From NCBI GenBank assembly GCA_013265495.1, contig MU058198.1:6959779-7023778 (forward strand): a stretch of 64,000 nt of DNA, written 5' to 3'. Shown piece after piece: positions 1-14,741 of this stretch (positions are counted from its first letter, which is position 1; every line of letters starts with the position of its first letter). This DNA is from Vicugna vicugna (Eukaryota). Both the position numbers and the translations under genes were made by a program. Below the pieces are notes generated by a model that saw only the letters and a list, made by a program, of their open reading frames with translations, made no database searches and had not been told where the DNA came from.

Positions 1-724
1 CAGGGTCATAATTCCTAACCTTTGCCTGCTGTGTCTCTTCCACCTGGAAAACACTCCTGCTTCCTCTCTTGCCAGCTGAAATCCCACTCATCATTCGAGG
101 CTCTGCCTGCTCCTGAAATCTTTCCCCGGTCACCAAGACCCCTTTTCAGAATCCCTGACTTAATTCAGACCTGTGCAGCGGAGGTCTGCCCGTTATGTTG
201 CCTATGTTCCCCTAACATCTCGAAGGAGTGAAGCCTCAAGGGACAGGAATGGGAACAGTGTTAGAGAGGTTAAGCGACTTGCCCGAGGTCCTGTGGTCAC
301 TGGGAATTGAACTCCCCTGCAGGACAGAAGTACTCAAGGGTGTCGCAGCAGAAGTAAGGGCAGGAGGCTATAAACAGGGGCGATGGAAGGAAAAGCTCTT
401 GGTTGCTGGGCTCATGAGTCTCTTCCTAGGCTGGCTCCCTGCTCTACGTAGAAAACGACAAGGACATCCAAACTGGTGCGCACTCTGTGCGCATTCAGTA
501 GGATCCTGTCCCCAGGCCCTGAATGGAGGCACTATGTGCGTGGGGAGGTGTTCTCAAGATTTGTGAGGCCTTCCTCAAGGAGCTGAGCAGGTCCTGATAG
601 GCCAGGGACAGCCTGGGCAGCTGGAAAGGGAGGAGCAGAGGATCAGAGCAAATCAAAGCATCCTTCTCTAGCTCCAGGCCCAGTGCTCACCACAGAGCCC
701 TGAGACAGCCCATTTTACAAGTGA

Positions 725-1975
<1,251 letters not shown>

Positions 1976-2406
1976 GTGGACCGTGGCTGCCCAGTACAGG
2001 CCCCCTGGGGCTGGGTCCAGCACCCAACCTTCGCACGAGTGTGTTGCACGTTTACACGGGGTGGATGCCCCACTCTGCACTACTTGTCTTATTTAGTGAG
2101 AGTCTCCATGACCGTGGGTCTGTCTTCTTGTGAGGGACTGTGGAGATCTATGTTCACATATGCAAACTTCCTCCTGCCTGACTCGCTACAACATGCAAAT
2201 ATGCAAACCACCCGTCCTGTGCACACCTGGCACACCTGCCGGGGGAGTCTTGCAGTGCCCTATCCCAAGCCCCAGCTGCTGCTCCTCTCTCCTGCCTCTC
2301 CAGGCTGCCCGTCCCCCTCCCCACACAGGGAGGAGGTCGGATTGGGGGGGGTTTGGAGGAGACCGTTTCCAAAACAGAAACAAAAAAGACAAAAAAGAGC
2401 CACTCC

Positions 2407-2412
2407 TTTAAT
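2407..2412 (-). terminator. Candidate INO80E poly(A) signal ATTAAA
   Basis: First minus-strand AATAAA/ATTAAA hexamer I found downstream of the INO80E stop at 2768. Confidence 0.5.
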
Positions 2413-2449
2413 ACAGAATATTCATTTAAAAAAAAAACAAAAAACAAAA

Positions 2450-2455
2450 AATAAA
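2450..2455 (+). terminator. Candidate DOC2A poly(A) signal AATAAA (second candidate 2691-2696)
   Basis: AATAAA hexamers downstream of the DOC2A stop. Confidence 0.5.
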
Positions 2456-2767
2456 CACCTAGCCCTGTACAGCTGCCCTTTTAAGCAGGGGGCCACCACA
2501 GGGTTTCTGCCTCTCTGAGAGGTGGCAGATGCTCTTGGCCACTCATTAAATAACTGTCCCCGAGACTGAGCTGGGATGTGAGGGCAGGAGCCCTGCCCTC
2601 TCTGGAGACGGCCCACCTTCCAGGGGACATTCGTGCATGTTTACGCCTTTTCTGATTGTGTCAGTGGCCACAGCATGGCAACTGGGTGTCAATAAATGTC
2701 TCTGTGGAAGCTAGGGGCTCATGTGTGCTGGCACAGAGGGCACTGGGCAGGGAGTCGGGCGGGAGGG

Positions 2768-5700
2768 TCACTCTGGGATGTCGATTACCAGGTCATCATC
2801 CCCATCCAGGGCGTCGTCCCCGCTGCCCGCATCGCTGAACATCTGCCGAGGGACGGCACTCAGGATCGTAGGTGGGGGCATTTTGGGTGGGGGCAGTGGG
2901 GCCAGGGCTGCCCCCACCCCGGCCCCGGAACCCCGGCCTGGGAAGGTCAGTGGCCCTCCCACAGGGCAGTCTGGGGGTCCCACCGCCATCTGCAGCAGGG
3001 GGAAGAAACACAGGGAGGGCTGATTAGGGAGGCACTGGGACCTCCAGGAGGCTGTTGCTGCCCCTTAAGGCAGTTCTACTGGATGGGAAAGAGGGTAAAG
3101 GCTTATTCAAGGGTTAGTGGACACAGCCAGGCCAGCCAATGCTGGAACCAGGGAGCCTGCCCCACCTCAGCCCCTTCAGAGTCTCCAACCAGCAAGTGCC
3201 TGGGGGTGAGGGGTGGTGATGGAAGTGGTGATGAGGGTGGTAGTGGAGGGGGTCTTACAGGAAACCAGGAGGGAAAGGCTGGGCCCTGCCCTCGCCAGTA
3301 AGGCACCTTGGCTGCCTCTAACAGCAGTTAGAGCCAGAGTCAGCCTGGAGTGCCTGCTTGCCCGCCTCTGGGCCCCTCAGAGACCACTTGCCACCACAGG
3401 CCTCCTCTCCCTCTTCCTCCTGAGGGACTCACTGGTTCAGTGGAGGGTGTCAAAGGCCTTCCCCCCCCACTGTGTGAGGCAGCTACCTCTCAGATCTTGG
3501 ATGGGCCCCCTTTTGGGATCCCCGCAGCCACTGGCCTAGGCCAGGCCCTCCTCTCAGCTCACCTGGGCTACGGTACCAGCCTCCTAACTGGACTCCCTGC
3601 CTTCAGCCTCTCCCAGATCCAGCTCCTCCTCCACACTGCAGCCAGAGTGAGCTCTCTAAAACACAAACCTGAGCGTGTCATTCTGCCACCTGAGGGCCTC
3701 TAGCTCCTCATTGCCCTTGGCACAGGCAGTGCCTGAGAACAGGTCAACCCCTCCACCTGGCGTGTCCTTTTCTGTCAAAAGTTCTGCTTTGTCCTCTGCT
3801 GGGAATGGGCTCTGTCCTGCCCAATCCTCCAGCCCCAGCCCTGCCAGGTCCTTCCAAATCTTCCCTGCAGAGCTCTATGAGCCTCAAGCTTTGCCCGTGG
3901 ACACAAACTGAGCACTTACTATGGGCCAGATGGTTTCCGATAATGATCTCTGACCATTCTGACCACCCTAGAAGGGAGGAGAGGCCATCGGCCAGAGGAG
4001 GAAACAGGCTTAGAGATGGAGGCTTCAAGGCACAGGCCTGCCGGGTCTCCACCGGGCAGCGTTCAATCTAGCTGTGGGGTGGGGGATGGCAGGAAACACT
4101 TATGCGTGGTCCTCACAGTGGCCCTTCTGATGGCTTCAACACACTCGGTCCTTGAGGTCTACTCTCTGCTTCTCAAGGAGTCCTCGCCCTCACTGCTGTT
4201 CCTGGGGTGCTCTGGAGGGCCAGAGTGGGTCCGTACCCCAGGGGACATGAGCCTGCCAGGACTGAGGACAGACAGGAGGCCCAGCTCTGCACAGCACCCT
4301 TGCCCCCTCCACCAGGCACCCATGAGTACACACGGGAGCAGACGCGCATGCACGAGGACTGGCATGAGAGCTGTCCCTCTGCGCTGGCTACCACCTCTCA
4401 ATTCCCCACCCGAGTCTCCATGTCCTACCCCTGTTTGGACTTACTCAATGGCCACTACATCGGGACCCAGAGCAGCTTCCCAGGGACCAGGCCCTGGGCT
4501 AAGTGTTTTCTCTCCCTTAACTCATTTTCCCCTCACAGTGACCCCCACTGAACAGAGAAGCAAGCCGAGGCTCCGGGAGTTGGATGACGTGCCCAAGTCC
4601 CCCAGTGAGTGTGTGGAGCTGCACAAACCTGGCTAAGCCCGGCTGAGGCCCCGGCTCCTGACTGCCCTGCTGCAGTCTGCACAGCTTCCCTCTCTCCTCC
4701 TCAGACTTGCCCTCTCCTGTCTCCTCACGCCATGCCGCCCAGAAACTTCAGTGATGCCATGCTGTTTACTCTCACCACGCCTGCTCCAGCCCGAACAACA
4801 CTTCTGCCGTGTCCTCGTCTTCCTTCCACTATTGCCTCAGCCTGGAATATCCAAATCTCACTTACCCTGGGCTCAAATGTTACCTGTTCTTTGAGTCCAT
4901 CCCTGATTTAGCCCCTCCTCCATGCTCAGCAACTGATTTGGGCCCCTCTCTCCTGCAAGTCCAGAACTTAGCATCCTGACCCTCCTCTGCTTCAGGATTC
5001 AGCCCCTCAGAGCCACAAACTGCCAAGCCCACACCACGTCACACCTCTGCCCTCTGCTCCAGGTTTCCTTGCCCCTTGCCTTCTCCACCATCCTGCTCCA
5101 CAGGCCAGAAGCAAAAACCATGCTAAGGAGAGTGAAGCAGAAGCTAAGTGGTATCACCACCCATTATCTACCCATTTTTCAGGCTCAAGGACCAAGGTCA
5201 CACAGGAGTAAGTGGCAGAGCCGGGGTTCGAACTCCAGAACCCACACTCCTAACACCGCAAGCATGGCTCCTATTTCACTTATGGCTCTAGAGCCTTGAG
5301 TCTACAGTCTCCCCAGCCTGAGAGCTGTCCTGCCCAGTCTCCATCCCACTGTGACTCAGAGCTGGAAGGGCATTGCATTTCATGCCCTCATCTCTCCCAG
5401 GGCTCAGGGCACAGACCTCTTCTCTTCTCCACACTCTCACCCGATGATCGCATCCACCTCCCCGCCAATGCCCTCCAACGACACACCCCACGGGCCCCGG
5501 GCTCACACTACCCAGTTGTCTCACTGGCATCTCCAGACAGCATCTCAACATGTCCAAACCAAACTCATCTTCCCTCCCAAACCTGCTCCTCCCACTGTCC
5601 TCCCCGACTCAGCCAAGGGCCAGCTCAGCTTCTTCAGTTGCTCAGGCCGACAACCCCGGAGTCATCCCTGACGCCTCTCCTCACAGCCCACCCTGGTCTT

Positions 5701-8700
5701 CCCACGCTCATTCTGTGAAAGAGACCCGTCATCCACTGTTCACCCTTCCCTCTGCTGTTTGGTTGATTGCGGTAGCCCCCTCACCAGTGTCCATCCTGAC
5801 CCCCCATCTCCATCTATTCACAGCAGTTGTCAGGCAATTTTCTTAACATGTCAATCAGATCAGATTGCCCCGAAGTCCCATCTTCTCCAATGGCTCCCAT
5901 TTCACTCACAGTACAAGGCGAGGCCCTCCACAACCTTGTCCCTCAGCTACTGCTCTGACCTGCCCTTTGGTCATTCTCACTTTCCTTCACCCACACTGGC
6001 TTCCGTCCTGGTCCCCGAACACATCTCTCTCAGGGCTCCTGTGCTGGTTCTTCTCCCTGAATGAAACACTTCCCAGAGAGTCACAGGGCTTCTGCTCACT
6101 TCCTTAAAGTCTCTCACCACCCAGCTGTAAATAGCAGCCCTACGTGCTCAGGTGTTTCCCATCCTCTTTACCTGACTCCATTTGTCTACATGGTTACCGA
6201 CATATCTTGTTTATTTTCTGCCTATTCTTCAAGAATGGGCTTCATGAAGGCAGGGATTTGTGTTTGTTTTGTTCACTATTGTATCTACAGCACCTAGAAC
6301 AGTGCCCGGGACATAGCAGCTGCTCCCTAACACTCGCTGATTACATGTAGTTTGATCACTCACTTTACAGAGGCACAATCTGAGACCTAGAGGTTCAAAG
6401 AGAACTGCTCAAGGTGACATGATTTTCAAGTGGTGCAGTCATGACTTAATTCTAGACCCCACAACTCTGCCCCTCCTTGGGGGCTGCCTGGTATCAGAGA
6501 GCACCTGTGAAAATGAGCCTGGCCCCAGACACCTTCACTCTGGGTCCCCCAAGGCTGGTCCTGCCCTGATTTGTCTCAAATGGTGCCTGTGAGCCAGGAC
6601 TTCTCTGACCCACCCCTCAGCGCCTAGCCCTGGGCTGGGCCCCCAGCAGTAGCCCCAGATCAGTCCTTCAAAGTTCTTGGACAGGTCCCCAGCCCCTGTC
6701 TTGAGCCTCCCTCAGATGGCTGTCCTGCCGTTCTGGCCCCTCCCTAATGTCCCCCAAACAGGGTACCTTGAGTTTCCGGGGCAGGCGGGGCCGTTTCTCC
6801 CGCTTGGGCCTCAGGGGGCTGGGCTCGGGCAGCTGCAGGGCCAGGTAGTCAGAAGGGAATGGGGGGTAGGGAGGGGAAGCCAGCTGCAGGCGGGAGTGAG
6901 GGGATGGAGATGGGAAATGGAGTGGATGGGGTGGGGGTGAAGGGAAGAAATGCAAACAGGAGAAGAATGGAAAAACAAGAGATGGTGATGAGTGTGGCTC
7001 CTGAGAACAGAGGGGAGGGGACAGCAGCAGGACTGTGTCCTGGGGTCTGCTCTCCTCAGTCACGTCTGTCCCCCATTCCTACACCAGAGAGAAGTGGGCA
7101 GCCCCGACTCACACCCCTCCAAGGGACGCTTGCTGGCCACACCCAGACAGATATTCCTGGTGTTGAGCCAGCTTCACCCTGAGGCCTGGCCCCTCTGCCC
7201 AAATGATGCCCACCTTATTCCCGGGCATTTTACCACTGACCCCAACTCACCGAGCTCAGGTATGGGGAGGGGGCCCCAGTGGCCTGAAGGGGAAACCCTG
7301 TTGAAGGAGGCAGGGAGAGGCTGGAGGGGGAGGGGGCACCTCCCAGTGGAGGGCTCCTCTTCCTGGAGGAAAGAACAGGGGAGGGGATTAGAGGCAGTGA
7401 GGAGGCCCAGGTGCCCCCCACCCCCAGAGAAGAATGATGGCTTCTCACCTCTTAGGGGCCGGAGTGTCCGACAACTTGGGTGTCCCCTCTGTCTCACTGT
7501 TATCTGAAGATGCAGTGGCATCTGAGTCTGTATGGGGAGGGCTGGTTAAGTGGGGAGTCGGAAGTCCCCGTCTACCCCAGAAGGGTATAATCTCAAATCT
7601 ATGGAAAGGCTCTGGGGACCGTGACTCCCCAGTTGGCACACGTGTGCGATTCTGGGGAGGCCCATACCTTCCTCAGCTTCTTAGAAAGTCCTTTCCAACC
7701 GACTTCCTGCTTGGGCTCCTCCATGGTAACACATTCGTCAAACACTATGTGCCAGGGTCTGAACAGGCACTTGACATTCACCGCCTCTCCTTGTCTTCAG
7801 AACCATCCAAGGAGGAAGCTGTGGAACTGGGACTTAAACCCAGGTCTCTGACTCCATGACCATTTTATGCCACTCTCTCCTTAGTCACCTCTAAACTGCC
7901 TTCAGCATTTACTCCAACCCTCACATCCAGGGTCTTGTTAAGTTACCCCTCCAATCTCTACCTTTACTCATTGCTCCCCATTCCAACTGCCACAAGGTCA
8001 GGTGACCACCATGTCAAAATCATCTAAGCAATCTCGTCTCTCCCACCACCCACGGTCCACTCTGACCCCAGGATGACCTAGAACGTAAAACTGATCACAT
8101 CCTCCCCAATGATGTCTCCCAAGGCCTGCAAGCATTTGAAGCCCTTCTCTTTTTTTTTGAAGCCCTTCTCAATATGGCCTCAACCTACCTTTCTGGTCTC
8201 CCAACTGACCTGTATTCTCCATATCACACCAATCTATTTTCTCAGAAACAAAATTTATTCCCCAGATTTGTGCCCCTATCTAGAAGGCCCACCACTCACT
8301 TAACAAATAACCACTTACATACGATACATGCCATTCCCAGTTTCTCTGCTCAGATAGATCCTTTAAGAAGCAGACTAAATGCCACCTCTCTGAGAAGTCT
8401 CCCAGAATTCCTCAGGCCCAGTTGGTGGCTGGCTCTCCCAGAACCCTCTACTCTCACATGTCATGGCTCTCCTCACTGTGCTAAGATGTCACATGTGGGA
8501 GACTCCCTGGCAACACTGTGGGCTTCTCTGGGATGTAAGTGGTGGCTTACATCTCTGGCTCTTGCTTCTCAGATTTATCCCACCCTGACCATGAACACGC
8601 TGGGTTTTCTCATGATTCCTATCCTGAAGTACCCCTTGAACAGGAAGTTAACTAAAAGACCTCCAGGAAGGAACAGACAATGAGAAGCTAGAATAAAAGC

Positions 8701-10558
8701 CTAATGTTTTGCTGTGACTTACACAAGCTGGCTCCTATCTACTTCTCTGACCTCATCTACTATCCTATGCTATTCTATAATACATAAATGAGTGGGCTAT
8801 TGTGTGTTCTAATAAAACAAACAGCCTGCCTGGCTGCTGTTTGCTGATCCCTGCTCTAAACCAATGTTTAAAGGCATCACGGAAAGAGATGATTGCATGT
8901 GACATGGCTTATGAGAAAAACAGGGCCACCAATGCCCACATTAGGGCTTTTCAAACTGTGGGTATCAACCCATCAGTGGGTCACAAAGTCAATTTATTGC
9001 TATGCAACGAGCATTAAATGGGGAAAAAAAGCAGTCTAAAAAGTATCAGAACAAATTTCACAGTGATCTTAACATAGTTTCATTAAATTTTGTTTTATAA
9101 GTAAGTATGTATGCAGGGGTTGATCACGGTTGTAACATATACAGTTGCTTGTAAGCAATACTCAAAAAAAGTTTGAGAACGCTGCTTTATGTGCTTCAGC
9201 TCTTCTGTTCTTCAAAGAACCTGGTACGTTCTTACCTCAGGGAATCTGCGTTTGTTATTCCCTCTCCTGGGAAATCTCTCACTCATATTTTCACAAGACA
9301 AGCTCAAACATTACTTCCTGAAAAGCCTTCTTGAACCCGTTAGTGAGATGTTGCCTGCCATCTGCTTTTGTATGGTTTGTAAACTAAGAATGGCCTTTTT
9401 ACAAGGCTGGGAAAAAAAGTCCAAAGAAAAACATTTCATGACGTGTTAAAATTTTATGAAATTCGAACTTCCTTCAGCGTTCACGATAAAGTTAGATAAA
9501 CACAGCCACGCTCACTTATTTGCACATCACCATTTGCTGCTTTTGCACTACAACCGCAGAGCTGAGTAATTGCAACAAAAATTATGTATTCTGCAAAGCC
9601 TAAAATACTTACTACCCGGCCCTTTACAGGGAAAGTTTATCAATCCCTGCTCTACTCCAATCACTACCACATAACCCTGATTTTATTCCTTTCAAATCCA
9701 AAGTTTTTTTGCTTACTTTTTATCCCCAACTAGAATACAAATTCCAAGAGGCTTTTTCCATCTTGGCTACCACTGTATGCCATGTGCAAAGCATGGTGCA
9801 TGAAACACAGTAGATGCTCAGCATTATTTGAGTGTAAGAGTACTGAGGCGGAGGGCAAGCAACTAGGCTTAAGAACCACCTGAGGCTGTATCAGCCTCCA
9901 CAGACTAAAGGGAGGGCCCAGGAGCTTGCTGAAGCGCCAGGAGCCACGTCCTCCACCAATATTTCATGACCCTGCTCACCAGAAGAGTCTTCATCCACGT
10001 TCTCGTACTGCAGAAGTCGGTCTAGTAGGAAACTGAGGGAAGAGGTGGAGAGAACAAGAGTGTTTATTCCCACCTCTGCAGTGTTGTCCTGGACCCTTGT
10101 CCCTTCTAGCTGGCCCGTTGGATCATCATAACAACCCTGTAACACAGGCATTATGCATTTGTGGCCCATTCCAGGATGAGTCCGAATGTAGATCCACTGG
10201 AGCCACCTCATCCTCTGGCCTCCTCTTGCCCCTCAACGTGTCTCACCTCTTGTCCCGGGACACCTTCAGCAATTTCCTCTGCGCCTTCCTCAGTTCCTCC
10301 TGGAAGCACTCGTGTTCCTGTATCACGGGCAAGGTGGGCGCTTGAGCTAACGGCCGTCCTCAGAGGGACAGAAGCCGGCCACAGCTCACCCCACTCCCTC
10401 CACACATAAGGTAAGTTGACATCGTACCAGCGCCAGGCCTCACCCCCTGCTCCCAACCTCCCCACTCTAGCACTCACGTAGATGAGGAACTTAAGCTTTC
10501 GCTTCAGGTTCCGGTATTTCTTCTTGTAGTCCACTTCGCCGTCCGCCGGCCCGTTCAT
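2768..10558 (-). CDS. INO80E: INO80 complex subunit E, 244 aa, 7 exons
   Basis: Exons 10558-10478, 10317-10247, 10032-9980, 7527-7449, 7362-7251, 6883-6767, 2989-2768 sum to 735 nt. Begins [27 protein letters not shown] and ends [12 protein letters not shown]. Confidence 0.96.
5560..6350. mobile_element. Degraded LINE-2 fragments
   Basis: L2-type phrases, e.g. ccaaaccaaactcatcttccctcccaaacctgctcctccc and cagcacctagaacagtgcccggga. Confidence 0.55.
9350..9649. mobile_element. MER58B-like hAT-Charlie DNA transposon
   Basis: Resembles recalled MER58 end: cagagctgagtaattgcaac...gcaaagcctaaaatacttact...ccctttacagggaaagttt...ccctg. Confidence 0.6.
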
Positions 10559-11282
10559 GACCTGACCGGCCCCGGCAGCAGCGCCCTAGAACTAGCCCGG
10601 AGTCCCGCTACCCCAAACCTTGCTCAGCCCTGCCTCTCCCGCCTCTACTTCCGGAGACTCTGCAAAGCTGTGTATGCTGGGACTACATCTCCCGGCGAAC
10701 TCCGCGCCCAGGGGTCGTAACCACTTCGGCTGCCTTCCTAGTGAATACTGGGAAAGCAACGTTCCTTGCAGGGGATACGCTGAAGATGGTGTCGCAGCGA
10801 CGCGATGATGTCACAAAGATGGCAGATGGAGGAGGGCGCCCTTACTGATTCGAAATGTGCTTAGCGATTTGAAGCCACAAGAAAACTTGCCCCCTGGGAT
10901 GCCTAGTTTCCAGGCGAACACGCCCCTTTTCTTCTGGCTTTCTAAATCTCAGAGACCTAGCTGGTGCCAGTGACCACCAACGGAGGCAGCGTCGCGGGTT
11001 GATTACGTTACACCCAAAGGTTGCCGGCTCCAAACTGGTTTCCCACGAGAATTTTAAAAGCGACTCGTTCTAAGAAAAGGAAAGAGCCGTGAGACCCTCC
11101 AACTGTCCGGGGAAAGCAGGTGTTGTCTGGCAAAGTTCTCGGTCCAAGTGGCCGGCGACTGATACTCAACGGTCCCTTGCCTCAAGGCGCGACGACACTG
11201 CGCGTGCGCAAGCTTCTGTCAAACGGGCGGACGGAGGCCGAGAAGAAAAAAGGCGGGAGCCGCCAATTCCAGGTGGAGCAAC
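10559..11282. promoter_or_regulatory. CpG-rich bidirectional promoter shared by INO80E and HIRIP3
   Basis: Head-to-head ATGs 724 bp apart. Motifs: ETS ACTTCCGG 10647-10654, ZNF143/THAP11-type ACTACATCTCCC 10682-10693, YY1-like AAGATGGC ~10816, NRF1 TGCGCGTGCGCA 11199-11210. Confidence 0.85.
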
Positions 11283-13732
11283 ATGGCGCGGGAGGATGAG
11301 ATGCAGGAGTTCACCCGTAGCTTCTTCCGAGGCCGCCCAGACCTCAGGTGCACCGGAGGTTGGAGTTGGGGTTGGAAAGGGCAGGGGCGGGACAGGGACT
11401 CCGTCGTGACACGTGTTTCCGCAGCACGCTTACGCACTCCATCGTGCGGCGGAGGTTCTTGGCTTATGCGGGCCGCGACCACCTGGAACCTGAGGAGAAG
11501 CAGGCGCTGAAAAGGCTAGTGGAGGAGGAGCTGCTGAAAATGCAGGTGTGGGCGCAAGTCTGGGCCACCGGAGTCAGGGGTTGTGACCAAGGAGGAGGAG
11601 CCTAAGAGGGGTGGAGCAGAACACCACCTGGCTACACGTTTTTACTCTCTTGATGCACACACAGGTGGATGAAGCGGGTACCAAGGAAGAGAGGCGCGAC
11701 CTTGCCAAGAAGGCGAAGAGGTCTCCCACCACCTGCCGTGATCCAGAGAGAAAAAGGTTCCGTTTCAATTCAGAGTCAGGTTAGTGCCTTCCACATAGTT
11801 GGCGCATTCAAAAAGTATTTATTGTGCATGTGTTATACTGTAGATGAGGGCCGTCGCCTGTGAGTTGGGAACTAGGAACAGGGTGGAGTACTGCCCTTCC
11901 CTCCATCTGTCAGAGCAGGATTCGAGGCAGCCTGTCCTAAGTGGAGGAAAAAGGGACAGGAGGAACCTGTCCTAACATTCTCTTCTTTCCACATTCCAGA
12001 GCCCAGCTCTGCAGCCTCCAGTCCAGACTGCCTCAGCCCCCCAGCAAAAAATGGGATGACAGCAGAAGTCAGTCCAGCTGAGGATGAGAGTCCAAAGCAA
12101 GCCTCAAAGGCAGTTGAGCAGAGCAGTGATGAAGAAGAACAACAGAGGAACCTGAATGCAAAGATTGGATTAGAGAAGGAGGTGGTGAAGGAGAGTAGTG
12201 AGGAGGAGGAGGAGGGCTCTGCCAGAACGAGCAAGGTCTGGAAAGAGAGCAGTGAGGAAGAGGAAGATGAGGAAAATGAAGGGAAGGAGGAGGAGGAGGA
12301 GGAGGAAAAGGAGCCCAAGGGCAGGACTAGGAAGAAGCCTGGGACAAAGAACAAGCAGGCACAAGGCAAGGCCTCAGCCAGTAGGAAGCAGGCCAGGGAG
12401 GAGAGTGAGGACGGTGAGGAGGAACGTGCCCAAAGGACAGGAAGGAAGGTGGAGGGGAAGAAAGGAACTAAAAGCCATGAGGAAAGTGAAAAGGAGAGTG
12501 AGGAGGAGGAGGAGGAGGCCCTAGCCAAGAAGAAAGAAAGAGAGGAGGGGGATTGGAAACCCAGAGCTCAGGGCAATGGAGGAAAAAGTTCAGCTTGGGA
12601 GAAGAGGAGCTGTAAGCAGAAAAGCAGGGCAGCAAGGCTGCTGGGAGACTCAGGGGACAGAGAGGAACAGAAGGAAATAGCAGCAGCAGGCAGTGGGGAT
12701 ACCAGTGGGGAAGATGAGGAGCCCCTGGTGCAGAGGAAGAGCAAGGACAAGACCCAGTGGAAGGGTGAAAAAAGGCAGAGTGGGAACAGTGAGGAGGATG
12801 CGGAAGATAGCTGGAGGAAGGTGAAACCAACTACTGGAAAGACAGCCAAAGTGGGCAGTTTCAACAGTGAGGCAAGTGACTCAGAGAAGGAGGTGAGTGA
12901 TAGCCAGGCAGAGGGGAGCCCCAAAAGGGAGAGGAAGAACCGCTCTTCCCAGAAGAGCTCCAAGAAAGGCAGGACACGAAGCTCCTCCTCTTCTTCCACA
13001 GGGGACAGTCCAGAACCCAAAGGTGGGAAGGTGAGAGTTGAAGATGGGGTGGGAGGCCACCATTAGGGAAGAGGAAGAGCCTGACTCAAGCCCAGAAGGT
13101 TTGGCCTTCAGCTGTTGCTTTTCCCTGCCAGGCTGGCTCTGGTCGCCGTGGTGAGGACCACCCGGCTGTGATGAGGCTAAAGCGCTACATTCGGGCCTGT
13201 GGTGCCCATCGAAACTACAAGAAGTTGCTGGGCTCTTGCCGCTCACACAAGGAACGCCTGAGTGTTCTCCGGGCAGAGCTGGAAGCCCTGGGCATGAAGG
13301 GTGAGGCTGGGCATGTCCTGGGGGTTGCTGGAGAGGGCCTTGGCTGCTGGGGAGGAGAGGATCACAAGCTTCTTCTGCCCCAGGTAACCCTTCCTTAGAG
13401 AAGTGTCGGGCCCTGAAGGAACAGCGGGAGGAGGCAGCTGAGGTGGCCTCCTTGGATATTACCAACATCATCAGCAGTTCAGGTGAGGGGCTTCCTCCTA
13501 CAAACCAGGAGCAGACGTGGAGTGGACTTTCCCATACAAATCATATCCTGCCTCCTCCTCACCTCTAGGCCGGCCACGTAGACGCACAGCCTGGAACCCT
13601 TCAGGAGAAGCATCCCCACCAGGGGAGCTATACCGCCGGACCCTAGACTCCGATGAAGAGCGGCCCCGCCCCCCACCTCCAGACTGGTCCCACATGCGTG
13701 GCATCATCAGCAGTGACGGGGAGAGCAACTGA
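11283..13732 (+). CDS. HIRIP3: HIRA-interacting protein 3, 587 aa, 7 exons
   Basis: Exons 11283-11347, 11425-11545, 11665-11779, 12000-13030, 13132-13300, 13384-13482, 13569-13732 sum to 1764 nt. MAREDEMQEFTRSFFRGRPDLS start, E/K/S-rich middle, ends WSHMRGIISSDGESN. Confidence 0.95.
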
Positions 13733-13935
13733 GCTCCAGCTCCTCCACCCCCTGGTCCCCAGGAAGGACTTTTGGTAGAAAGCATATGTAGCAACCCCCC
13801 ACCCTACGCCTGCAGAGCAGAAGCAGCCTTCTTCAGAGAAGACCTGTAGCCCGCAGGGACACAAGTTATTGGGATCCTACTTCTCAGCTCCACATTCTGT
13901 TTAAGGTGTTTACAGGAATTTATTTTTTAAGACTC

Positions 13936-13941
13936 AATAAA
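13936..13941 (+). terminator. HIRIP3 poly(A) signal AATAAA
   Basis: AATAAA about 200 nt after the stop. Confidence 0.7.
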
Positions 13942-14735
13942 GGAGTGTTTGAATCACCTCATCAAAACTGGTGCCCCACCCTCACCTGCTATGCTTTGGT
14001 CCAGGAAGCTGAGTAGCAGCCACTGCCCCCCTGGTCTGGTTCCCTTTGATTTCCCCGGATTCCCCAAAGTCCTGGCCTCTAGGCCTTGCAATCCAGTCTG
14101 CCACCAGGCTTGATCAGCATGGCTCCCTCCTCCAGCCTGACCAGTGGGCCCCTCTAATCACCTTTTAGCTGTGTCTGATAACCTGATGCCTAATTGAGAG
14201 GAGGATCCAAATAATTGGCCTTAAGAATGTGATGCACAAAATGAAAGGACTTGGGAACAGCTGTTGTTTATGTCTGTCTTCCCCCTTCTGGAAACAGCCA
14301 CTTAGTTCATGGGCTGACTCTGTCAACATTGAAGGGCTGGGTACAGGACCTAGACCCGACCAATCTAGAGCACCCCCGGTTTCTGGCTACCGATCAAGCC
14401 AATGAAGTCACTTTAGGACTGCTGCTGGAATTCTTGTTGTTGAGGTTGTTGGTAAGATGTAAGTCTGGAGCTGCCAGGGGCCTGTGGGTGAGGTGAACCT
14501 TCTAAAGAAATCTGAAGCCAAAGCAAAGGGAAGCAGAGGGCCAGTCTAATGATTTCTTTTGAATCTCTGAATCTAGTCATGTTCAAAGTCAGTAAAACCA
14601 CTGAAAATTTTAGTTACACAGCCCAGAAAGTTCTTTTTTTAAATACAAGTAACACTATCACCTGCCGCTGAATAATCCTTAACACACACCTTCACAGAAA
14701 GGGTGAGTCCTGGGATCTGTTAGAATAACCAACAG

Positions 14736-14741
14736 TTTATT
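14736..14741 (-). terminator. TAOK2-beta poly(A) signal AATAAA
   Basis: tttatt on the plus strand about 690 nt past the beta stop at 15428. Confidence 0.65.

Noticed and set aside
1976..2518. 180-aa ORF after the DOC2A stop as read-through or a new gene
   Set aside because: GTG start, lies in the 3' UTR, runs through an A-tract, and the stop context TGA-G is not a read-through motif.
2696..4636. 201-aa and 206-aa plus-strand ORFs opposite INO80E
   Set aside because: GC-rich chance frames with no recognisable domain or splice structure; partly repeat-derived.
11872..13020. Ser/Phe/Leu-rich minus-strand ORFs
   Set aside because: Antisense shadows of purine-rich HIRIP3 exon 4.
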